In this document: positions 51,401 to 64,000 of the stretch, in pieces | How the letters are laid out: every line of letters begins with the position of its first letter | Position numbering within the stretch: the first letter of the stretch is position 1 | DNA from: Balanoglossus misakiensis | Lineage: Eukaryota; Animalia; Hemichordata | DNA: 64,000 bases | Direction of reading: 5' to 3' | Assembly: GCA_040954595.2 (NCBI GenBank) | Contig: CM082589.2 | Coordinates: 1,727,910 to 1,791,909, forward strand | The notes under the pieces: generated by a model | Told to the model about the DNA's origin: nothing | The model's database searches: none | What the model saw: only the letters and a program-made list of their open reading frames with translations | Translations under genes and position numbers: made by a program

Positions 51401-54400
51401 CATAGAGTATTACAACTGATCGCTTTGTGATAGGTATCTATGCCCAAATACAGGCCTTGACTCTTTGTACAGATAGGATGAATCATTCGCCAGAGTGACG
51501 TCATCTCTTGGTATCATTACCTTTGTAGACATATGGACTCAGGTAGAGGTCAAAGGTGAAGGGGTCTGCGGTATCTGATTCGCCAGACTATTATTGCAAT
51601 GTGTTTTAGGAAGTAATATGATTGAGAAAAGCTTCACACCAAACGGTTTGCCCTAAGCCCCCTTCAAATTCCATGGGTCAGCATGTGATTCGTGTGTCGA
51701 AACATACACTTCCGCCGGAAACAAGATTGCACATAGGTGTACATGAAAATCAACCTGTCACGAAGTCACCTGCTTACACATCAAATGTTACTCGAGGACT
51801 TGTAACTGTATACAGCTATAAGCAAACATTTGACAAAGAGCTTATCTTCTTAAATTGTCACCCCCTTTTATTTCCGGGTCCGACCTCAAGACCTTTTAAG
51901 GAATTTGGCCGGTAATCTTTCACTGAATTGTCGTGAGCTGACTCTAATTACAACCCCAAGCACCAACATTCGTTTGAATAATGTGTTGGTACTGTGGGCT
52001 GCAGAACAGCGCCATCACTGGATATACTTATTTCACACTCGCCAAGTTAAACTTCCATGTGTTAATGAAAAGAAAGGTAGAAGGGAATCTTGGTGTTTCC
52101 ATCCCGACAGTAAGGAAATGATGCGTCCAAAGAATTTTATAAGTGTTTGACAATTATTTGGACTGTACATTTCATTTTCATTCAGTTAATATTGTTCACT
52201 GTTCGACTTATGTAAACGTTAAAATTACGCTCATTCTTTTACAATGCTTATCGACGAAAACACAGATAAAATCTCGCATTTTTCGCTGGAGATTAGTCTA
52301 ATAGAAGTTCTGGTGTAGTGCGCTGGCGTGATATGCCCAAACCCGTTAATGAATATTCATGAGTTTATGTTAAATGAACCACACCAAAGTTGTATTGAGT
52401 TCAACGAATGCCACACCTCCACGGCGGACAGCGTTAGAGTGCTATAGGTTGCAACTGTCGTCAGTTTTTACTTCGAAAACCAAACATTTTCTTCAGGTAA
52501 GTCCAGTTCCTTGGTATTCCTGTCCACAGAGATATGTCGGAGTTTGTGTACTGACGTGCTGGGTACTTCGGAAACCTTGACGCTTGTGTGCGAATTTTTT
52601 CAATTCATTCCCACGTAGACTGTGGTGCTGTGCACAATGGGAAAAGCCAAGCCTTCAACTGAAGTGGGTTACTGGGGGGTTGCTCAGTTTGGAACGTGAC
52701 TGTCTCTCATACAGACAGTTGACTTAACCTATATAGTAGTTACCCCCATGTCTTTGGAGCCTCCAAACGTGCGAGCCTACAGCAAATAAGTTTTGTGCGA
52801 TAAATTAAAAATGTGCAGCTGCTCTGAATTCAGGAGGGAAGATCTTCTACCGCAGTGTACTATAAACAAGTACCTGCTCATTTAACTGGTAGAATGTCAG
52901 AGTTAATTTAAGTGTCAAAAGACCATAGAGAGTTGTCACTGTGTCACTAACTGTATATGAGTGGATGGATGGAAACCACACTCCGATATAGCCCGGATAT
53001 TTTTTATTTTTTAAAACTTTCTTCCGCTCTCACAATACATGTACGCGTCTGTGCGTACGCCGAAAGTTAAAGCAATATATGATGCCCTGATGTTTCGGAC
53101 CGGACAAACCCGATTGCTGGGTCTTGAGTGTGTAGGATGCGTGGGCGAATTTTTTTTTCGCTGCTCTTCTGTACTTTGTCCGATCAAATAACAACGCGGT
53201 GCAGTGACCTGGTCAGTGACGGTTCGCGACGTCTGGTTCGTATTAGCATGCAAGAAAAAAAGCTCTTTAAGTAAGGCTACCGTTTGACCTCGATCCCGGA
53301 AAAACCTACATAGCTGTGAAAACCGAGTGGCATTGAATCTGGTTGCTGGAGTTTGGTCGTCAAGGTTACCTCCATCTGCATCTGCACGACGCGCATCTTT
53401 TGTGCACGCGCATCTTTTGCGCAACAGATATAAACGCATGTACCGGACAGCGTCAAGAATCTCCAGCATGATTGCAGAACTTTGCTAGCTAAACCCATCG
53501 CTATTCCGCTCAATCATATCCCCGCAGAAACGACCTTCGTACTTTAACGGGAACTGGTCAGTCTGTCAAATGTCAGTGAGCAGGGGGCGTTGCTATGACA
53601 ATGGCATTGATCGCACAGACCGCGGAGAATTGACGTGTCTGTGAGTGGGATGAGATATCCGGAATACGATCACCAAGCGACACGAACAAAAGAGCATTCA
53701 AAACACAAATATGAAAGTATTACATGACTGTAAAGTATAACATCGCGACACTCAAGGGGCGGAGACTCAAATATGCACGAAAGACCATAAATATGTAATT
53801 CTAATAACACAAAAAGTATTGTAAATTTTCAGATTACCAGACAAAGCGTTCTATTGTCCAATTACCTCTGTAAGGATCGTGTCACAAACAAGTGAATTAT
53901 TTGACCCTTGACCCAAATTTCATTCTTACATGACTTTTGGAAACTGGCCGGACTGGTTCTGTATTTCGGTTTTGGATCTTTCAAATATGAAAGTTGCTAA
54001 AGACGGATATAACAGTATCTTATCATCATCATGCATGTGTTCTGTTAATCAAATTAACAAAGAATGATGAAGAACCAATACAGTAAATCAAAAGGAATGT
54101 TGACGTCATCCAATATTTCTGTTTCATGGTCATGCACACAGATTTCCTTTGTTGTAAATTTAATGATGCATCTGTTTTTACCGACAAGTGACTTTCGCCT
54201 GAAGCATTCCATGGCATATGTTCAAAAATGACGCCATCAAAAAGTCTGGCAAGATAATTGTTTTCTCATATAAATGGTCTGCACATGGCTTTTGTGAAAG
54301 ACAGGCGAATAATAACGATGAGTCAAGTGAGTCTAACTGCATTCAGGAAGTGCTCAGGGGTTAGAGGTCAACTCGGTTGACCTGAGCATCTGATGAGTAA

Positions 54401-57400
54401 TGGTTTTGAATCCCATTCCAGTGCCTGTTTTATCGCGCATTGTTTGTCAGAATCAGGGTCGGAATGCATGACTATGTCCGAGTCTTCAACGTTCTTCGTG
54501 ACATATTAATATCAACAGGTGTTTTTTGTGACTTGGGAATCGTCAAACTCTCTTCCGCGATGATAGTTTCGCGTAAATTTTCAATGGGTTCGTAAAACCC
54601 GCAACTTCTGCAAAGAATGTACGCCTACGCAGTCTTCTCTGGTTTGACAGCCTCAGGCCCGGGGGTACAACTTACGAATATACACAATGTAGTACATGAG
54701 CGTGTGACATAACATGGCATTTTTGTCGCATTGCGTGCGTCGTTGGTGTGTTTTCTTGGGGGAATGGCAACCATTACATTGAACTCGACTAAATGGACCA
54801 GACGATACAAGTGATTGTGTAGCTGTACGTTCAAATATGTTTATGCATTCCCATTTTTCCAGGTTTCTGAAACAGACGCGTCTCAGTCTGCATGAGTAAG
54901 AGATATTTAAAGTTGCCTGTCGACATTATTGGTGTCAACATTTACCCAAAGTATCTAGTTACTCAGACGAGTCAGACCAGCAAAAGTGCGCAAACCCTTG
55001 CCGTGGTGGAGTCACACATAAAACTCCAGACAATGTCATTAATTTTTTAACAGCTTGAATTCGCGTTAATAAGCTTATTAAGAAAGGCTACCCTGCAACT
55101 TTTCTAGTTCATAGTTTCCGTGAAAACGCAATCGGATTTCCAACGAAGATTAGATATCACTTTGCTGTTTTCAGCGTGACTGTGTTTCCTTATTTGCTGG
55201 TCTATTTTCTGCCGTGTAAATACACGATCGCGATTTGTTTTGACTCACGGTCATCATACCACTGTGGTACAGCGACCTCCGGCGACCTCGACTCTAGTGA
55301 CTCGCTCGATGAAAAGAGATCACATGATTGGAGGTAAACCAATCAGAATTCGTCTGGGTTTATCGACCCTGGTCCAACCCCCCAAAGTAAAGTGTCTGCA
55401 CAATCGCAGACGGAAATACATTATCGTGTGCGCATGTGTCAGCCCTGTTAATATACACTGCGTTTTGTTGTTTTCGTTAGATTAACGACAACCTCGATAG
55501 GAAATACGCGTGCTAAACATACACGGTAAGTGGCAATGTTTGTGAACGTTTTCTCTCCGATATGGCTAGACAATAACTGTTCTGTATTATCTATGTCGAG
55601 TCTATTTGCTGTGTTTTGCAAGGAGCACACACCCTCCATTCATTAATAGACACTCCTTAAAAGAATTCTGCGTCGCTTAATTTTTAAGCAGTGCATATTA
55701 ACGGCCACCGCAGACAGTTTGGCCTTAACGCGTCGTATCTGTCAAACACGCGTCCGTTCTGCGCATTAACGTGCGCGACACTCCCAATGCGATCAAGCAC
55801 GTCTACATGACACGTGAGCGTGGTTGAGCTTCTTTTATCATCGTTCTGTCATTATTACAATGTCCATGTAGTCCTTGTGGCGGGAAAAAGCCATGTGAAT
55901 GACATTGGTTGATCAGATTGCGGGATGTTTGCTTTTGTATGTGATCAGAACACCAGTTAAAAAGTCTGACTGTCATTGTCATTTTGGTGACAGTTATTTC
56001 ACGATCAATCATGGTGTCCTGGATAATAAACGTGGTGATTAACAACCAAAACGTGATACGAACAAGGAAAACGGATCAATTTCGTGGGTCAAAAGTCGAG
56101 TTTCCTAGAGTGAAACATCCAAGTTTGCAAATTTAGCAAACGCCAGTGTTCACCTTAATGACAAGGTGGCGTAAATCGTGGCAGTGTTATTGATGTGATA
56201 CAAAGAAGGACTGTTTATTTGCTAGCGACCTTGAATTTGCTTGTATAGAATATTTGCACTATTAGTAAAGCTGTCTGTTGTCTCGGAGTCTGCGTTGTTG
56301 AATAGATGGCCGATCATCCGAATATGCAAATCCAGCCCTCTGTTGACTCTTCGTTAACTGTTAACCGTTTTACATGTTAGGATAAAAGCTTTTGAAACCG
56401 GAAACAGAGCGTAAACATTGGACTATCAGAAATTGCTTAAATTTCCCACAATGCAGCGCGCGGGGTGTCAGCCTTGGACGATCATCTGTACAGCAACGTG
56501 CTGGATATTATGCACATGCTGCATGGTCTATGAGTAACGTGGTGTCTATTTTCCCTTTCCTTGGGTCTGGTAGAAGATATTCTAGACTGTGAGCGCAAAA
56601 GAGCTCAAATCTTTCAATTCTGTTACCGAAACATAGCAGAGGGGGTGTGAACTTGCACTGAAAAAAAGTTGTAATGTTCAACTCCAAGGTTAGTGACCTC
56701 GAGTGCGCATAACTCAAGAATAACGCCGCATGACGTCATCCTATATTTTCACTGGATCCGACTCGAGGTCGAAATTCACCAAAACAAATAATTCGGACTT
56801 ATGGTGGCGAAGGACAGGATTATAGTGTAATGTGAACCCATTTTTCAAAAGTGTTAGGTTTGTTGCAAGTTGGACAAGTTTTGAGAAGTTGAGGCTTTTC
56901 CTGAAAGCAGACGTTGATAGACATGTATAATCTGGACAAAGGGGAATCGGTTGAAATCAGCAGGAAAATGAAACGCGATTACAGAGAAATAAACACCACA
57001 TCATAAAAACATGAGGCAAAACTGTGTGCGTGTATCATACATGAACTACTGAACTCGTCAAAACGTCAAATCGCGGCCAAAGTTCAGGTGCCAAAAGTGG
57101 CAAAACTGAACACAACAATGTGACGTCAAGATCACAAGACTGGTAGTGATTGACAGCACTTTGGCAGAACTGTTTCATGGCCTTCAAAATTTGAAAATGT
57201 CGTCTGCTGCGTAGGCCTATTTGCTGCATTTAGCAAAAGTCATGTTGTAAACACGAACGCTGTGTTTTTGTTGTGCGATGTCTCGCCTCCGGTTGCCCGT
57301 ACCGTCACGGTATCAGGTAACATTACTCATCGCGGTGGTATTTGTGGTAAACGACAATCAATCGTTTAAAATCATGTGCAGCAATTAAACAAGGTCAATG

Positions 57401-60400
57401 AATAAAGCTGATTGAAAGATATCGACCTTCGCATGACCTGACATGCGATCAATGAATGCAAGGTCAACACAAATGACGACTTTAAATTTCTGCTTTCAAA
57501 ATGCACATTTTGAGTGTGAAATGAACGCGCCGATTAATTTCATTCATCAAATGGTGTTTATTGAAAGTAGTTAGACTTTCGGGATCTACAGTTTTATGGC
57601 CTGAATTCCTTTATTGGAAAAAATAAGGATTCCGGTGGTTCACAAAGACGGTACACAAATAACGACGTCACACATTGTTTACGCTCCGACCTTATCCAGT
57701 TCATGAAAACAATGGGCGTCCCGAGGGCCATGTGCGCATAAGTAGACTGTTTGTTTTTTGTGTCGTGATTCGAGAAGATATCATTTAGCATGAAATACGA
57801 TTTGAACTTAGGTGTAAAGTTTTAATAAATTTTCCTATACAGCCATTTTGCTGTCATGGCCGTCTCCCAGGGCAGATTGACTGTAGCGCGCGATACGGCA
57901 TATCTAAAAACCAAAGGAGCCTTTGTAGTTGATTGAAAAAACACTGGACGGGTCAGACTTTGATTGCATACATGTGCTAAACTCTGTTTTTTTCCACAAA
58001 GGACTTGCTTGAACAGCGACGCACATTTCATTTTATGGGAATTGGGTCACAACCCCGATAGCCCATATATCACAGTGAACTGTAGTATGTGATGAGGGAT
58101 TAGAGAGATTATATTAAAGGGACATTAACTGTAACTGAGGAACAGCCGATGTTATTGTCTGCAGATGGATTCTGGTCCGGACTTGATTTCATTTTTCAAT
58201 AATAACAGTACTTACTCTGTACTGTACACATCGAATGAGAACCTCCAACAGCAGATATTACACAGGAAAAAAATTCCCGATAAAATAGTCAAAGTTACAG
58301 CACGGTTACTAGCTAATGGAGCTTGTAATAGAATTCCCCTGAATTAGCCTATCTTCGAAGGTTATGCGTGACTGTATTATGTTAAGGGATTAAAAGTATT
58401 CGAAAAGTTTACGAAAACGAATGAAATGCCGATCGACATCTGTTAAGTGTCGTCAGAACCACCGAGGTCACATCATGAACATTCGATGTTTCCGTTCACC
58501 TGTTTCCGAAAGATAAAAGTTGCGCGATTTGCAGAAGTCGTCGAGAGTGCCAGAAATTATCACGGCTGACTGTGTCCTGGAAACCTTCATTTAAGAAAGA
58601 CTTACACAAGGTCTACAGAAATTCCAGGCGAGTTTGATAGAGGTTATGTCTAATTTGCTTCCAGGCATATTTGCAATGATGTCTGCCTAGTTCCGTATTT
58701 TTGGTAATAGGCCTGTAAGTTCGTGGTATGTGTGAAGTCTCTGAGCCCGCCATCTGTGACCCTACAGTGCCGTGGTGTGTACCGATGGATTTTCATTCTC
58801 TGTTGGGGTATATCAAACAAATTCGTTGTGTGCCTAAATGTTTACTTTTCAGGAACGAAACAAGATCTCAGAATGGTGGCTGTGTTCGCTTTTGTCCACG
58901 CCCAAACTTGTGTATGAAATATTTTGTCCCACGTTGACCGTTTGTGCGTCCGACGCTGCGTGGAAGATTAGAATGCTTTGCCTGATGTATCTGGCTGTCT
59001 GTCTGTCAGGCCATCTCTTTTTTATCGAAGTTACGCCGTATTTCTTCAGCTTACTGCACAAGTTCTTGCATTGTGATCAAGACCTATAGTTAGCAACCCT
59101 GCCATGGCCGGTCACTGCACTCGAAATAGTGCGATCATTCTGGAAATTGTTATCCTCATTTTTGTCGACCAGACAGGCAAACTGTTTACTGTGTGTCTTT
59201 GACAGGAGATAACTCAGTCTGAGAACAGTGATGTCAATCATATGCATCGCCGTAGTTGACAGTGCTTATAGTATAGGTTTGTACAGACGAGACGACACGC
59301 GACGATTAGTGTAATGTTGTTTGTCAAGTGTCGTCCTAGACCATCTGAACTGAACTATTCTTACTTTCGTGAGGAGAAGGTTGTTTTTGTTTTTTGAATC
59401 TCGCTGCTTTACTGAAACGTCATAAGTGCGTGTGCCTCAGCACGTATTCGAACTTCCGTCGAGGCCAGCCAGCCCTACCGAATATACAATTACAAGTGAT
59501 CAGCGACATAGCCTAAAACAGAACGCAACTTTTACCAGTACATGTACGTTAATTGAGGGAAAGGGAAAATGTTATGCAAATTTATTTTGATTTCAAATCG
59601 TTCCATCTTGAAGAACTTCTGCGTTTGTTGATTCCGGTCCTAATCAGGTAAAAGTTCAACGAACTGCGACTAGGGTTTGTTTACATCTGTGTTCAGCTCA
59701 AATGTCGAATGCGCAATCGTTAAAAGCGACGTCGACGACGGAGCTGTTTACCCATACTCTATGTACAGGTCATTCTATAACCATGCAAAGGTTCATACGA
59801 TAATACATGAAGTAGGTCATTCGTTGCAAACAACACAATATATCTACTCAGGTGGTTATAAGTAACGTCAGGTCACCTAACCTACAGCTGAGCCTACGCC
59901 CCTCCATATAATACACATCAAGTGTAGGCTTTCAACGAACAAACCTTGTTCTCTGCGACTGGAGACGCATAAAACTGCGAAAATAGAATCAGAACTGTAG
60001 TGCTCGTTTGATTTAGTTTTCTTTTGCGCCTATGCCTACTTTTTTGTCAAATTGGTAATTTGATTAAAATATGTACGAGGCTCAAAGGCGACACTTAGAA
60101 TATTGAAATATGTGAAAGATTTGCAACCTTATCAGATATGGTGTATAGGTTAACATGACATTTCACTTAAAGTGGGCCGTGTAAATAGTGATCTCGGTCG
60201 CCGAAATGGGAACAAAATGTGGAACTTGGTCCCTACACTGATGGTAAAAATATAAAACTAAAATTTCCCAAAATTTAAGTTCTCTCTGGACCATGATGAT
60301 CGCGTGTGAAAGAAGAATTCGCTTCAATTTGTTCAGAGGATCAAGTTATGTGCTTGTGTTTACGGTACTTAAATCCCACCTGTGACTACCATTATTAGAC

Positions 60401-61984
60401 CAGCTGTGACCAAGTTAGAGGGTCAGGAATTTAGGTCACTTTGGGATGCTTGGATACCTGCGATCACATCAAACGAGCTTACTTCCCTCCAAAGAACTTC
60501 GTAAATCATTTCTGTGAAACCAAGGGCTAAACCACATGTACATGTAGTCGTCGAGAGCAGCGGGTAGTTGCATTTTGAGCTCTTTGGTGCGCAGCTGTTC
60601 AGAGACGCGAAATTCAACCCCTTGTCGCACCATGCCATTTATACGAATGTAACATTAGTCAGTTCTGTGAAAGTCTTCAAAAACTGCAGGACATGTTACC
60701 CGACCGAGCAGCCCAAAAGTTTAATCGCGTTCTACGAATGTCTCGAGTTCTCGTCTCTTCGGGGTAGCATATACAATAAACAATCTAAAATACCCGGTAC
60801 CCTGGATTGAAAATCCATGAATTTGTGAAAGCATGCGCAATGTGGGAGTATGCGTTAAACCAAACTTAAAAAGGAGGAACCTGGCATCATGAAATTCGTG
60901 CGGCCGACTGGACATAACAACTTCCGTAAATCGATCGACACATACCTATCATAAATTTCCACTTTTCGCAATAGTATAGTTCAAACTTCGGACGGCGGCT
61001 TGGATCGACCTTTGTGTTCAGGTCAACTGGCTGTTGTTCTTGTTGATGACAACAATGGGGCGTATGTTTATTGCACTGCGATTAAAGTTGGCGTCAGTTT
61101 TATGGTGGTCCATGAAATCAATTCAGACGACGATGAAATGTCAGCCACAACACATGCGTTTTTATCACGATCATATAACTTGAGAGGGCTACTATGGATT
61201 GAAGTATCCGTCGTGGATACATTTTATTTTGTTCAGTTTGTTCCGCAGTTTTACAGACTATAAATCAACGGTGGCCAGTTGTGGTACATCATTCGAAGGA
61301 AATGAAAATGTAGAACTGTAGGCCTACTCTTTGGCCAATATATACACGACTTTGCACCTCACAACTGCCAGAGTAGATTCTACATTCTTGTAAGAAAGTT
61401 TTCGATATCATACGATTTCCTGTACATTTTCATTCCTTTTTGATCGATCAATATCGTGCACGTGGTCTCAGACCATGAAATTGGCTCAGCTTTGATTTGC
61501 GCCCTCTATGGCACACTGCGAGAGGGATAAAAATGTCAAAAGATGACGTCAGCGCAACCCCATGATAATCATCTCGATCCTGACACGAAGTGATGTACAT
61601 TATAGAGGCGTTATAGATAATTTACTTCGGTATAGTTTGATCATTGACTGGTCTTCTGTCTTCTCTCAAAGACCACGATCGATACAGGTTTAAAGGAATC
61701 GTTTCTCTCTGACAGTTTTATTTTAACATTTATGCATCACTGAAAATGCACCGTGAATTTATCAAATCAGTGTTACTGCAAGCATTTTGATTTTTGTTGA
61801 GTTCTATGTTACCCATCATATCCAAAATTCCAACCGAGTATCAAGTCTGGAATCGATGTCTACATCACTAATGTGATGTACGTTTCTCTGGTAACGTTTC
61901 TTCTAGTTTGGTTTATTAATTGATTTCTGTGTTGTCTGTTTCATTTTAAAGGCTTGTAAACCGTAAATATTTCAAGCGATTATC

Positions 61985-63314
<1,330 letters not shown>

Positions 63315-64000
63315 TAAATGTTACATTTTACAAATAAATCATTATATAGATTCATCACACTTCATTCACTTCACATACTTACTTTTTAAATTCATTTTCC
63401 AGTAACCCTCCTTAATATATCAACAGAACATTCTAATACATGTATATGGTAGCTGGGTGTATTCGAGAAAGATATAGTTACACCGCTAACACCATATCTT
63501 ATGTTTCTTTAGGAAAATCTCATGCGCTTCTTTAAGATTCATAGATTCCACTAACTTTGTATCTTACATAATTACTTGTAGTTCTCACATTTGCATATAT
63601 TGAGCTTATTAAAATACAGTATTGCTATGCAGTCATATAGTCTTGGCAGCATAAACGTAAATGGGCTCCCTAGCTGAACATAAGCAGGTTAATATAACTG
63701 AGGCTTGTCAGCATACATGTAGACATAAATGCATAAGCCTCCCTAGCTCGAGCGAGCCAGGGTTACCGTGACAAAACCAAGCAAAACAGGTGATTTTAGC
63801 GACAAAACTAGTGCATGTTTGTGCCTGCCTGCGATTTCTGTATTTAAAATATCTGAGAATTTGTTGCTATGCGATGTGATGCAGGGATTGATGCAGTCAA
63901 AACTGGTATAGTGCTTTGAATTGTGGTTTGAATGAAAAATGCGCAAAGCTGAATAATTATGTATGTCACAGCCAAAGCAATGAGCTGAAATACAATTGAT

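Noticed and set aside
54355-54415. tRNA/SINE-like segment with AGGTCAAC-TCG-GTTGACCT hairpin and GTTTTGAATCCC
   Set aside because: Degenerate B-box and no cloverleaf can be drawn.
58114-58301. TTAA-AGGGACA start resembling a Kolobok-type MITE
   Set aside because: No matching right terminus or second TTAA duplication found.
63513-63535. Possible terminal exon for the thymosin gene after TTTCTTTAG (would add GKSHALL*)
   Set aside because: Lacks the expected I.xEK helix that completes a thymosin repeat; the true next exon is probably beyond the window.

Overview
Eukaryotic (animal) genomic DNA with GT-AG introns. It is probably from an invertebrate deuterostome (hemichordate- or echinoderm-like); that assignment is an inference from the HYR domains and vertebrate-like orthologues, not proof. 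Manual splicing gives seven genes. (1) The 3' part of a NOL4/NOL4L orthologue (+, 7 exons, 14469-19456; N-terminal exons not found). (2) A complete MECR gene (-, 9 exons, 377 aa). (3-6) A compact cluster of four paralogous secreted heme peroxidases, A(-), B(+), C(+), D(-), at 27974-48426, 794-805 aa each. (7) The 5' part of a multi-repeat beta-thymosin gene (+, from 61985, probably continuing past the window end). The peroxidase cluster is the stand-out. Each copy has a signal peptide, a peroxidasin-type propeptide and catalytic domain with all heme/catalytic residues intact, and one C-terminal HYR (hyalin repeat) domain. The LRR, Ig and vWC modules of peroxidasin are absent. All copies keep the peroxidasin trimerisation Cys (human C736 equivalent), lack its partner (C1315 equivalent), and carry an extra conserved Cys in HYR. 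The copies also differ at the heme-adjacent position equivalent to MPO Met243 and show patchy gene-conversion-like tracts. Most short ORFs in the six-frame track are antisense shadows, intron read-through or microsatellite artefacts.
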